Assembly (NCBI GenBank): GCA_017470165.1
Contig: JAFUEX010000024.1
Location: 75,398-139,397, forward strand
Length of the DNA: 64,000 bases
Reading direction: 5' to 3'
Origin: Alphaproteobacteria bacterium
Lineage (GTDB): Bacteria > Pseudomonadota > Alphaproteobacteria > RF32 > CAG-239
Below, in pieces: positions 7,451-16,162 of the stretch; position 1 is the first letter of the stretch, and every line of letters begins with the position of its first letter. The position numbers and the translations under genes were made by a program. Under the pieces are notes generated by a model that did no database searches, was not told the DNA's origin, and worked only from the letters and a program-made list of their open reading frames with translations.

Positions 7451-9385
7451 CTATAATGATCCAAAACGTCCGACAATGCGACGCTTTTTCTTTTTTTGCA
7501 GGATCTTTGGTTTCGGTATGCTGTCAATGTTGACATCTGGGTTTTTCTCAACCATCTCGCGCACTTTTTCCGCATATTCCTGCCGTGCCAACATTCTTTC
7601 CCAACGGCGCCGCAAGTCAAGTCCTTGAAGCTTCATGCCTTCGAGCGCGGCGAGTGAATATCCGAAGATATCCAACGCTTCGTTGCGCTTTCGTCCGGGA
7701 CGCAATGCGTAATATCTTATTTTTCGACCTTTGACATATGATGTTTTGGCTTCTTCAGCTGTCAGCTGGACAAAGTGGTTTTCGTCATAGTCCATGTTGA
7801 AGTGACAATATCCGGGGGCTTGCGGATCATCAAGGCGCAAGCGGTTGTAGATGACATCTTTGACGGTGTCGGTGCCGACGAGGAAGAAGTCCAAATTCGT
7901 CTTTTTGAGCTTTCCGGGGGCTTTTTTTATAATCGGGCGACCTTCTCCAGCCATACCTTTAACCGCCCAAACACGCCGGTTCCATCGTTCCTGACAGAAT
8001 TTTCCGACCATTTGCGTCAAATAACCGCTATCCACACAGCAGGCGGATATAGACATTTCACCGACGAGTTCGTGTTCAATTGGCGTTAAGAGTAATTCGT
8101 CCAGTTCTTCCCAGATACGCTCCGCACCCGGATCACCGAGCAAAACTTTTTTACCAAGTCCATAGCTTTGATTGTTTGATGTCCAACCGATTCGCTCCAG
8201 CTCTATACGGTTATCTTGGACGTCGACGCCGGCCGTTATAACAACGACATCAGGCGGTGCTTTGCTGTAGGTTTCGCGGCGAGCGACCAACTTATCTTCC
8301 TCTACGCGCTCTCCTTTGTCTTCCCAAACTTCGCCTAGTGAAGTGTTAATGAATGTTTTTAATGCTTCCGGATCTTCTTTTGCATCCAAAAACGACCGAA
8401 CAACTTCCTCTAATTTCACCCATGGCGAATAACCTTCCCACAAAGCAAATCCAGCGTGCCCATGGAATGGCTTTGTTGCTCTCCATTCACCGAGACTGAT
8501 TGCGTGCCAACGCTCCACATCATTCCAAAGGCACCCGCAATGCGTGCAGGCGTACATTGCTGTTTTTGCGCTATCCTCTTTGGTTTCGAGCTTTTCCCAT
8601 TTGACGTTTTTCCACTCAATCCGCTGATATTCTCCGCAATGTGGACAAGGCACATAAAAATAACGTTGGTCGGATCGACGGAATGATGCATCTATTTTGC
8701 TCATGCCCTTTATCGTTGGTGTTGAGCACTTTATAACTTTTCTATTCCAAAACGTTGTCGTTCTTTTAACCGCCAACTTTACCGGATCGCCTTCCTGACC
8801 GGCTGACAATGGATAGCGGTCGATTTCGTCGAGCAATACAATTCTGATTGGACGGCTGGCCAAACTTGCGGCAGAGTTCGCTCCGGCCATGGTAATATGT
8901 CCGCCGGGGAACGATTTGTGCAATACCGTATTTCCACTGTCTTTACTGTCGGACACTTTGTTCTGCAGGCACGGTGTATCACGGAGCATCGGCGACAGAC
9001 GGTCGGTTGACCAACTCTTGGCAACCTCGACCGTTGGTTGAAGAAGCAGAATCGGGCAAGGATCCTTGTCTATGTAATAACCCACCGCATTGTTTAACAT
9101 TTCTGTTTTGCCTACCTGCGAGCTGGCGACAATCGTTATTTCTTCGCAGTCAATGTCTGATATGGCATCCATAAGCCCGCGCTGATATTCGGCTCGGCTG
9201 GTATTCCATTGTCCGGGCTCGGCTGAGCTTTCGGACGATAAGACGCGGTTTGCATCCGCCCATTCCGATATTGTTTGACGTGGCGGTAGCTCCAATCCTT
9301 TCAGAAAGCCCTCGCAAAAACTGCGCACCCCCTCAAAGATCAGCCATTCGTCCGAGAATTGTTCTGGCGCACCGTTCACACTCAT
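7451..9385 (-). CDS. Terminase large subunit, GpA family.
   Basis: 644 aa (lambda gpA is 641 aa). Has a Walker A-like motif (SSQVGKTE) and sits directly downstream of TerS. Confidence 0.8.
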   Translation of the reverse strand: MSVNGAPEQFSDEWLIFEGVRSFCEGFLKGLELPPRQTISEWADANRVLSSESSAEPGQWNTSRAEYQRGLMDAISDIDCEEITIVASSQVGKTEMLNNAVGYYIDKDPCPILLLQPTVEVAKSWSTDRLSPMLRDTPCLQNKVSDSKDSGNTVLHKSFPGGHITMAGANSAASLASRPIRIVLLDEIDRYPLSAGQEGDPVKLAVKRTTTFWNRKVIKCSTPTIKGMSKIDASFRRSDQRYFYVPCPHCGEYQRIEWKNVKWEKLETKEDSAKTAMYACTHCGCLWNDVERWHAISLGEWRATKPFHGHAGFALWEGYSPWVKLEEVVRSFLDAKEDPEALKTFINTSLGEVWEDKGERVEEDKLVARRETYSKAPPDVVVITAGVDVQDNRIELERIGWTSNNQSYGLGKKVLLGDPGAERIWEELDELLLTPIEHELVGEMSISACCVDSGYLTQMVGKFCQERWNRRVWAVKGMAGEGRPIIKKAPGKLKKTNLDFFLVGTDTVKDVIYNRLRLDDPQAPGYCHFNMDYDENHFVQLTAEEAKTSYVKGRKIRYYALRPGRKRNEALDIFGYSLAALEGMKLQGLDLRRRWERMLARQEYAEKVREMVEKNPDVNIDSIPKPKILQKKKKRRIVGRFGSL

Positions 9386-9698
9386 TCTTTATCAGCCTTT
9401 TGACCTTGCGGGCATCATTTTCAGCGGACACTTTGGCCGCCAGTCGTGCCGGTAATCCGGCGAGCTGGTCACGGAGCAAACGCCCAAGGTTGAACGCCAA
9501 GCGTTCTTGCTCTGCCTTATTGATAATGATGCCCTGTTTTTCTTCATACTCAACCTTTTTCAGCTTTCCTTCGTATTCGCCTCTTTCGGGGGGGGGGAGC
9601 TCACTTGGAAGTTCTGGCACTACGTAGTCAGCCGGTCCGAATTCTTCTTCAGCTGTTGATAATTTCGGAGATTGCCCTTTGAATTTCCTTGATGACAC
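9333..9698 (-). CDS. Paralog of the TerS C-terminal domain, as a separate overlapping ORF.
   Basis: The 121-aa ORF is clearly homologous to residues ~100-190 of the adjacent TerS (KKVEYEEKQGIIINKAEQERLAFNLGRLLRDQLAGLPARLAAKV vs RKIEYEQKMGTVVNKEGVEKAAFGVSRILREKLKALPNRLAPKV). It contains a C10 homopolymer at 9587-9596. Confidence 0.5.
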   Translation of the reverse strand: MSSRKFKGQSPKLSTAEEEFGPADYVVPELPSELPPPERGEYEGKLKKVEYEEKQGIIINKAEQERLAFNLGRLLRDQLAGLPARLAAKVSAENDARKVKRLIKNECERCARTILGRMADL

Positions 9699-10221
9699 TT
9701 TCCACCTCGTCCGTTAAGATTTTGAAATTCTCTTTTTGATCGGTAACCATTGTCACTTTTGGCGCGAGGCGGTTCGGTAGTGCCTTTAGTTTTTCACGCA
9801 ATATACGCGACACGCCGAATGCTGCCTTTTCGACACCTTCTTTGTTGACAACGGTCCCCATCTTTTGTTCATATTCAATTTTGCGCAAGCGGGCGGCATA
9901 GCTTTCCTTAACGGCTCGACTTTTTTGATAAGTGACACTCGATTGGGAATGCTGTCCGGACTCCTCTTCCGGTGCCGCCTCTTGCCTCAATGCCATGCCG
10001 ACGGATTGGGCAGATCTGCCGTCGCTTCGTGGCATTGTAGTCGCAGGATCGTTTGCCGGATCTGCGGTCGCCTTGATTTTGGAGATAGAGGCCTCAAGCT
10101 CTACCATTTCGCGACCGTTCTCACGTGACAGGACAATCCGCCCTTGCTTTATCAGCGAGGAGACGTATTGGTGCGAACGATTTATTCTGCGAGCAAACTC
10201 ACTCTTGGTTATAACTGTCAT
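9649..10221 (-). CDS. Terminase small subunit (Nu1-like, N-terminal HTH).
   Basis: 190 aa with an N-terminal HTH-like segment (SEFARRINRSHQYVSSLIKQGRI). Located immediately upstream of TerL. Confidence 0.6.
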   Translation of the reverse strand: MTVITKSEFARRINRSHQYVSSLIKQGRIVLSRENGREMVELEASISKIKATADPANDPATTMPRSDGRSAQSVGMALRQEAAPEEESGQHSQSSVTYQKSRAVKESYAARLRKIEYEQKMGTVVNKEGVEKAAFGVSRILREKLKALPNRLAPKVTMVTDQKENFKILTDEVESVIKEIQRAISEIINS

Positions 10222-11593
10222 ATTCTCTGCCCTCTACTTCATCAAATGCTTTGCCGTCGCTTTCGCGGTAGGCTTTTCCGCCAAATGTGTCTTGCCACCG
10301 CTTGACGTCTACATCGCAATATTGCGGATCCAATTCCATGAGGCGAGCCTTTCGGTTTAGATTTTCCGCCGCAATAAGCGTTGAGCCCGAACCGCCGAAT
10401 AAATCCATTACGATTTCATTCCGGCAAGAGCTGTTTAACATTGCGCGCTGAGCCAGCTCAACCGGCTTTTGTGTCGGATGCACATATGTGCTGGCATTAT
10501 CGCGCTTAATGGTCCAAATCTCACGACCGGCTTTTAACTCCTTCAGGAGCTCTACCAGCGCGTCACGATCCCATTGCTCGAATTCCCAATCATTGGTTTT
10601 CCAAAATGTCTTTTGCGCACGGTCGCCGAACCATTTGCAATTCTCTCCGTCATGGCAACCATAGAAGCACGGCTCATATGCCCAATGGTAGTCAGAGTGT
10701 CCGAGCACCATTCCTTTATCCCAGATGATGACTTGCTTCGGCTTCAGCTCCGCGCCTTTGATGGCGGTTTCAAAATTTACATGATTACTGTTTGCGTACC
10801 AGATATAAAACGCGCGTCCTTTTCTCAAATACCGTTTTATGTTTTTGAATGCTTCGAGCAGGAACAGAAACAAATCATCTTCACGGAGCTTGTCGTTTTT
10901 GATTATTTGCCATTCTCGGCCGTTCGGATTATTCGTTCCTTTGTAGCTCACGCCATATGGCGGATCTGTAAAGACTAAATCAGCCAGCGCGCCGTCCATC
11001 AATTTATCTACATCATCGGCGTTTGTGCTATCGCCGCACATGACGCGGTGCGGACCGCAAATCCAAACATCACCCCGGCGCGACTTTACCATATCCGGAA
11101 CGGGCGGAGCATTATCCAATTTTTCAACATTAACCTCTTTTGGCTCGTCATCCAAGGAAGTGAGTTCTTCTTCTAATTCGTCGCTTGTCCATCCGGTAGC
11201 TTCAAGATCTGCACCTAGTTCGGACAAACGATCCATTTGTGCTTGCAAATTTTCCCAATTCCATTCTGCCATTTCCGCGGATTTATTATCAAAAATTTGA
11301 TACTGGATCCGCTCGGCTTCCGTCAGATTATGCAGGACAATGACCGGAACTTTTTTTATTCCGAGTTTTAACGCTGCGAGCCGTCTGCCGTGTCCGGCAA
11401 CAATCATTTTGTCGTCATCAATCAAAATCGGGTTTGTCCACCGCTTCGACATTGATTGCGCAATAAGTTCGATTTGTTTTTCCGGATGATTTTTTGTATT
11501 GAGTGGATCCGGCACTAATTCTGATAAATCCATAAGTTCCAGCTTCATGGCGGATAATTTTTCAGCAATTTCCTTTTCGTTTATCTCAGTCAT
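10199..11593 (-). CDS. ParB/Srx-like nuclease domain fused to a beta-class N6A/N4C DNA methyltransferase.
   Basis: The N-terminus carries a ParB-type motif (IVAGHGRRLAALKLG). A DPPY motif IV (FTDPPYGVSY) precedes motif I (DLFGGSGST) near the C-terminus. The start was chosen at MTEINEK and the upstream ATG at 11659 is also possible. Confidence 0.7.
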   Translation of the reverse strand: MTEINEKEIAEKLSAMKLELMDLSELVPDPLNTKNHPEKQIELIAQSMSKRWTNPILIDDDKMIVAGHGRRLAALKLGIKKVPVIVLHNLTEAERIQYQIFDNKSAEMAEWNWENLQAQMDRLSELGADLEATGWTSDELEEELTSLDDEPKEVNVEKLDNAPPVPDMVKSRRGDVWICGPHRVMCGDSTNADDVDKLMDGALADLVFTDPPYGVSYKGTNNPNGREWQIIKNDKLREDDLFLFLLEAFKNIKRYLRKGRAFYIWYANSNHVNFETAIKGAELKPKQVIIWDKGMVLGHSDYHWAYEPCFYGCHDGENCKWFGDRAQKTFWKTNDWEFEQWDRDALVELLKELKAGREIWTIKRDNASTYVHPTQKPVELAQRAMLNSSCRNEIVMDLFGGSGSTLIAAENLNRKARLMELDPQYCDVDVKRWQDTFGGKAYRESDGKAFDEVEGREYDSYNQE

Positions 11594-11791
11594 TTTCGCA
11601 ACTCGTTTTTTTGGGTTGAAACATAGCGAAAGGCCGCGCCTCGCGCTGACCCCCGGCATTTAGCCGTCAGGAAGAACCTATCGTTTAGAATGCCATTTAA
11701 AGCCCCATAAACGCCCTCTGGTGCGTGAGCCTTTTTCTCTGTGTATGGTGTCTTATTTGCGTATAAAATCATTTTCTGCCCTCGTTTTTTT

Positions 11792-12445
11792 CTACCTTGC
11801 CGTCTTCAATGCATAGTCCATCGCCTTATCTAATTCCTTAGCAAAATTCATTTGATAAATACGTTGAGCCATTTTGTGCAAATTAAGCACCGGCCTTATA
11901 TCTTGCTTCTTTTTTCTTAGAAAAATAGGCGTCAATTTTCGACTTTTTCCAGCTCTTGTGACAAGCAATCTATTACCGCGCTTGCTTTTAATGAAAAAGT
12001 TACCTTTACTTTTGCTACCCTGTCCGGGGTAGGCTTGTTTTACTCCATATCCGAGTTTACGTCCTTTGAGTGGCACCCATCTATATTTTGCTGACTGTCC
12101 AAGGGTTCTACGCTCTGTCATATGTTCTCCCATGAGTTCAGCTATACCCCAGTGCGTAACGCCAACGATTGAGTGCATTGCATCTAATCCGTCTTTTTTA
12201 TTTGCCGGTATGGCATGGACCGCACGCGCAGGGGATGGTCCTTGTCCTACTTTCGCATGGGTGGCGTTTTGAAGATACGTTTTATGAACCACATTTAATC
12301 TTAAATTTGCTAATTTAACAACATCATCCGCCGCTTTAATAGCCACTCTTGTTAAAGCGAGCGAACAAGCGAATGGTAGCTGTTTTTGAGCTATATCGTC
12401 GAGATATTCTGGGAAATCTTTTAAATCTATGTTTATTTCTGCCAT
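11792..12445 (-). CDS. Hypothetical phage protein, first gene of the late/packaging operon.
   Basis: ORF with an AAGAGGG ribosome-binding site 7 nt upstream of the MAEINID start. No motif was recognised. Confidence 0.4.
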   Translation of the reverse strand: MAEINIDLKDFPEYLDDIAQKQLPFACSLALTRVAIKAADDVVKLANLRLNVVHKTYLQNATHAKVGQGPSPARAVHAIPANKKDGLDAMHSIVGVTHWGIAELMGEHMTERRTLGQSAKYRWVPLKGRKLGYGVKQAYPGQGSKSKGNFFIKSKRGNRLLVTRAGKSRKLTPIFLRKKKQDIRPVLNLHKMAQRIYQMNFAKELDKAMDYALKTAR

Positions 12446-12530
12446 TTTTCTGCCCTCTTGCCTTATTGTAGTCATAAATGACGGAAAAAGTCAAAAAATA
12501 ATTTGATAATTTTTTTTATATTTTTTTCCA

Positions 12531-12831
12531 ATTCACCGATTTCACCGATTTTAGGGGAATTTTGGGTTATTCCCTTATAGAATTCAAAAGATATACTGAA
12601 AAATTACAAAAAAGTTATAAAATTGGTTAAATCAGTGAATAATGTTAAAAATCAAAGACTTAATCTGTTAAGCAATATAAAGCACACCCCCATTTTTGAA
12701 AAAAAAGTTGCAAAAAACGGTGAAATTAGTCAATCGGTGAATAAAAAAATTGCAAAAAATCTGATTTTTTAAAACCTTAACTCAAAAATCCGGCTTAAAA
12801 ATGGATGATTTTTCCCTTAAAATCGGTGAAT
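12531..12831. promoter_or_regulatory. Divergent regulatory region with iterated ATTCACCGATT motifs.
   Basis: Direct copies at 12531-12541 and 12541-12550. Inverted copies (AATCGGTGAAT) at 12732-12742 and 12821-12831. A degenerate copy at 12629-12640. A GGGAAT-n8-ATTCCC palindrome at 12555-12575. Confidence 0.5.
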
Positions 12832-12904
12832 TTTCGCATTTTCGAATGCGTAAAAGTCAAAAATGACTATTTACTTGACTTTATCTTGCGGTTAGATTAT
12901 ATTA

Positions 12905-12927
12905 AAAATAATGCTTGACATTTGTAC
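12905..12927 (+). promoter_or_regulatory. Promoter-like element AAATAATGCTTGACATTTGTA upstream of the Bro-N gene.
   Basis: Contains a TTGACA -35 hexamer. A near-identical 22-mer recurs at 14213-14236. Confidence 0.45.
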
Positions 12928-13125
12928 GGGGTTTTGGCAAGCTGAAGACCTAAAAACTTGATCAATACGGCTTCAACACCCCGTCAGAGTGTATTTTTTA
13001 TGCCTGTTTGGCGGATGAGAGCTGTAAATATATTGAATAGCAGCCAAAGCCTTTATTGATCGGCTTTTAGTGAGTCCGCCGCCTTGCTCAATCTCAAGCG
13101 GTAACATCTAAAGAAAGATCAATAA

Positions 13126-14007
13126 ATGAATAATATTACCGTATTTAATTTTAATCAAAATCAAGTCAGAACTCAAACTATCGACAGCGAGCCGTGGTTT
13201 TGTTTGTCGGACGTTTGCGACGTGCTTAATATACAGAGATGTAGGATTGAGCGACTTTCTGCAGATGGGTGGATTAAAAATCAACTCATCGATAAATTAG
13301 GCAGATTTCAGGAAAGATATTTTATCAACGAACCGAACTTATACCGTTTAATTTTCCGTTCCAACAAACCACAAGCCCAAGCATTTGCCGATTGGGTATA
13401 TAATGAAGTGTTACCCAGTATTCGTAAAACCGGCGGTTATGGCTCTGTGGACGTTCCTGCGCTTGCCAAAGCTGTGGCAAATGAGTTGAAGTTTGTGCCG
13501 ACAACCGTGAGATTGCCTCTTGATGTGGAAGCGTTCTTCAGGAATTGTGTTGAATTGTCAGTCGCCGTTACGTCATGCGCAGAAACATACAACGCTTATA
13601 AAAAATGGTGTCAGTCCGAGGGTTATTGTCCGCTGACAGCCAATAAGCTCGGTCGCTCTTTGAAGGCTCTCGGCGTTCAAAAATGTTCAACTAGACGTGG
13701 TGAGAAGGCCTATCGTTTGGCATTAAAGGAGCCACAACCGGAGAATTACCGCTATAATTTTACTCCGGTGACGGAATTTTGCGGTGCCGGTGTGTATAAA
13801 AATAGGAGTGGTCAAGTCTTTCAGGCTATTGCCGGATTTGATGATAAGATTTTTTATACTTATTTTAATATGCATACCGCACGGGCTGAAGGCAAGAGCC
13901 ACGATATTCCGCTCAAGGTTTTTAATGCCAATGTCGTGGCAAAGATGACTTCCAAGACGGAGCTTATTCCTTTGGATGGTGAAATTGACTATGTTTCAGC
14001 TGATTAA
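13126..14007 (+). CDS. Bro-N domain antirepressor-like protein with a PriCT-like C-terminal domain.
   Basis: The N-terminal motif (FNFNQNQVRTQTIDSEPWFCLSDVCDVLNI) is typical of Bro-N/KilA-N. The C-terminal ~60 aa are homologous to the C-terminus of the phage primase at 16919-19414 (YKKWCQ...NKLGR...GEKAY). Confidence 0.6.
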   Translation: MNNITVFNFNQNQVRTQTIDSEPWFCLSDVCDVLNIQRCRIERLSADGWIKNQLIDKLGRFQERYFINEPNLYRLIFRSNKPQAQAFADWVYNEVLPSIRKTGGYGSVDVPALAKAVANELKFVPTTVRLPLDVEAFFRNCVELSVAVTSCAETYNAYKKWCQSEGYCPLTANKLGRSLKALGVQKCSTRRGEKAYRLALKEPQPENYRYNFTPVTEFCGAGVYKNRSGQVFQAIAGFDDKIFYTYFNMHTARAEGKSHDIPLKVFNANVVAKMTSKTELIPLDGEIDYVSAD

Positions 14008-14017
14008 GGAGATATGC

Positions 14018-14167
14018 CATGATAAAATATATTTTGGACGGCATCTCTATGCTGATGTTCTTTGCCTTGCTTTATGCGTTACTTATTATTGGTGATGCGT
14101 GGGAGAATAAAATCCGCTGTGATCGAGGTTATCAGCCCGCTTGTCAGGCAATGCGGTTAGGTCGGTA
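14018..14167 (+). CDS. 49-aa small membrane protein, paralog of 6048-6197.
   Basis: AAGGAG ribosome-binding site, then ATG. Translates to MIKYILDGISMLMFFALLYALLIIGDAWENKIRCDRGYQPACQAMRLGR and is followed by a rho-independent terminator. Confidence 0.6.
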
Positions 14168-14171
14168 AAAT

Positions 14172-14203
14172 AAGGGCGGTTTAATTACCGCCCGATTTTT
14201 TTC
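14172..14203 (+). terminator. Rho-independent terminator.
   Basis: gggcggtttaattaccgccc hairpin followed by a T7 run. Confidence 0.6.
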
Positions 14204-14212
14204 GTTATTTAT

Positions 14213-14260
14213 AAAATAATGCTTGACATTTTGTAGTTTATAGGCTACATTATATATAAA
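14213..14260 (+). promoter_or_regulatory. Sigma70-like promoter (duplicate of the 12905 element) for the DUF4160/DUF2442 module.
   Basis: AAATAATGCTTGACATTTTGTA with TTGACA, a 17-nt spacer, then TACATT/TATATA. Confidence 0.5.
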
Positions 14261-14282
14261 ATAAAGAAAGGAGAAATTAAAA

Positions 14283-14537
14283 ATGCCAATTATCGCTCGT
14301 TTTTATGGTCTGGTTATTAAAATGTTTTTAATCGGTAGCGAACATAATCCGCCGCACATTCACGTTGTTTATGGCGAATTCAGTGCTCTGTATAACATTC
14401 AGACGCTGGAATTAATGGAAGGTGATTTGCCATCACGCGCTGCTGCTATGGTTAAAGAATGGCTCAGTATTCATAAAGATGATTTAATGGAAATGTGGAA
14501 CAGCCAAAAATTCAAGACTTTGCCACCATTAAAATAG
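14283..14537 (+). CDS. DUF4160-family protein.
   Basis: 84 aa. The N-terminal pattern (IIARFYGLVIKMFLIGSEHNPPHIHVVYGEF) matches the DUF4160 family, which is usually paired with DUF2442. Confidence 0.55.
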   Translation: MPIIARFYGLVIKMFLIGSEHNPPHIHVVYGEFSALYNIQTLELMEGDLPSRAAAMVKEWLSIHKDDLMEMWNSQKFKTLPPLK

Positions 14538-14548
14538 GGAGGTGTCCG

Positions 14549-15037
14549 ATGTTTATTAAAATTAAAAAAATAGAGATTCTGCCGGATTATGCTATCAAGG
14601 CAACCTTTGATCATGATGTTGTCAAAACCTATGATTTTAAGCCTTTATTTGATAAATATCCGGTATTTGAGCCGCTTAAAAATGAGACGTTTTTTGCAAA
14701 CGCTGTTATTGATTGCGGTGGTTATGGTTTGATGTGGACTGATGATATTGATATTGATGCTGGGGAACTTTGGTATAACGGCATAACGACGCTTGATACC
14801 GAACAGGATATTGTAAATTATCTTAATGCCGTTGTTAATGAAACAGACACCAAGCTGTTTATCAAAGCTTTAAAAGATATTGCAAAGTCAAAAGGTGTTA
14901 ATGATTTGGCAAAAAAAATGGGAGTAAATCGTGAAAGCCTTTATAAATCGTTAGACGGTGAGCGCAAACCCAAGTATGAAACAATCGACAAGTTTCTACG
15001 GGCAATCGGCATGAAAATAACATTTTGTCCGGCATAA
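14549..15037 (+). CDS. DUF2442 domain fused to an HTH addiction-module-antidote-like domain.
   Basis: GGGAGG ribosome-binding site before the ATG at 14549. The N-terminus (IEILPDYAIKATFDHDVVKTYDF) is DUF2442-like. The C-terminus (KDIAKSKGVNDLAKKMGVNRESLYKSL) is HTH antidote-like. Confidence 0.55.
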   Translation: MFIKIKKIEILPDYAIKATFDHDVVKTYDFKPLFDKYPVFEPLKNETFFANAVIDCGGYGLMWTDDIDIDAGELWYNGITTLDTEQDIVNYLNAVVNETDTKLFIKALKDIAKSKGVNDLAKKMGVNRESLYKSLDGERKPKYETIDKFLRAIGMKITFCPA

Positions 15038-15040
15038 ATA

Positions 15041-15062
15041 AAGCGGGGTTAATTCCCCGCTT
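15041..15062. terminator. Bidirectional terminator hairpin between convergent genes.
   Basis: aagcggggttaattccccgctt perfect stem. Confidence 0.5.
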
Positions 15063-15288
15063 CATCCTTTCCTAGTAATTTTATTAAAACCGCCATTCCT
15101 TCAGGAGTGACATTTTGAGCGACGACGGCTCCGTTTCGCATATATTTAACCGTTCCGTCTTTTTGAAAAGATAGACCGTTCCAATGCGCTTGTCTGAGAC
15201 GTCCGCCGATGGTTCTTCTATAACCGAACTTCATGCCGTAGCTGTGCAGTTGGTCAAATGTTTTTACTTCATCCGGTCGTAATGGCAT
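15049..15288 (-). CDS. Hypothetical protein.
   Basis: 79-aa ORF at the end of the early leftward operon. Its stop overlaps the dUTPase start. Confidence 0.35.
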   Translation of the reverse strand: MPLRPDEVKTFDQLHSYGMKFGYRRTIGGRLRQAHWNGLSFQKDGTVKYMRNGAVVAQNVTPEGMAVLIKLLGKDEAGN

Positions 15289-15731
15289 TATTTATCTCCT
15301 GTGCTTCCGAAGCCGTGTTCGCCTCGTTCGGTTTTACTTAAATTCTGGCTATATTTCATTTTCGGCTTATAAATCGGCACAATAACCAACTGTGCGATTT
15401 TTTCGAATGGTTCGATCCGGACAGCTCTTTTATTGGTGTTGTAGATGCTGATTTTGATTTCTCCCCGGTAGCTTTCGTCTATCGTTCCATATTGAGCCAC
15501 AATTCCGCGCTGGGTATGTCCGGAGCGTGGTCTGACTTGAAGCTCAATGTGTCGGCCGAAAATCTTAAAATATTTAACCTCGACGCCGATGCCGGTCGGC
15601 ACAGTTACAATCGTTTGCGGTGGAATAACCAGAGGACGTTTTATAGCTGCTCTGATGTCGTATCCGCTGTCGCCTACGCGGGTTATTGGACCAATAGCCC
15701 AATTTTTGAACTTTTTAACAAGAAGTTTCAT
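15288..15731 (-). CDS. dut: dUTP diphosphatase.
   Basis: Carries dUTPase motifs (RPRSGHTQRG and GTIDESYRGEIKISIYN). Confidence 0.75.
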   Translation of the reverse strand: MKLLVKKFKNWAIGPITRVGDSGYDIRAAIKRPLVIPPQTIVTVPTGIGVEVKYFKIFGRHIELQVRPRSGHTQRGIVAQYGTIDESYRGEIKISIYNTNKRAVRIEPFEKIAQLVIVPIYKPKMKYSQNLSKTERGEHGFGSTGDK

Positions 15732-15970
15732 TATGCTGCTCTCCGATAAAGGTTACAATGACAAACACCGTCTTTGGCGATATCCTCTTTGCAGTGCTGG
15801 CTGATGCAGGCGCGGTCGCTGTCACGGTCGCACGGACATTGAGCCCAGCATTCACGCCCAAAGAAGCGGAGCTTTGCTCTGGCGATTGCATCCACATTTT
15901 CGGTTAGCTCATAGCCGTTGTCTTTAGCTGTTTTTTGTATATTTTCTTTGATTGTCTGGAAGTCTTCCAT
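15731..15970 (-). CDS. Ferredoxin-thioredoxin-reductase catalytic-subunit-like protein.
   Basis: Cysteine pattern CPC...C...HC...CHC (QCPCDRDSDRACISQHCKEDIAKDGVCHC) resembles the FtrC signature. Confidence 0.4.
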   Translation of the reverse strand: MEDFQTIKENIQKTAKDNGYELTENVDAIARAKLRFFGRECWAQCPCDRDSDRACISQHCKEDIAKDGVCHCNLYRRAA

Positions 15971-15982
15971 TTTATTTTCCTT

Positions 15983-16159
15983 TCAAATGATGATTAAAAT
16001 GATGATTGCTGCAATAATTGCCGCGGTTGTGTAGCCGGTAATAAAGCCCAAGATCCAAGCCTTGAATTTGATATCCGGGATTTTCTTCTGCAGGGCTACA
16101 TATTTTTTGAGTGCGTCGAAGTATGATCTTCCGAAATCTAGCTTGAATTCTTTGTTCAT
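15983..16159 (-). CDS. 58-aa tail-anchored small membrane protein.
   Basis: Translates to MNKEFKLDFGRSYFDALKKYVALQKKIPDIKFKAWILGFITGYTTAAIIAAIIILIII. It sits directly after the 16163-16672 gene and is below the ORF-track cutoff. Confidence 0.35.
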   Translation of the reverse strand: MNKEFKLDFGRSYFDALKKYVALQKKIPDIKFKAWILGFITGYTTAAIIAAIIILIII

Positions 16160-16162
16160 GGC

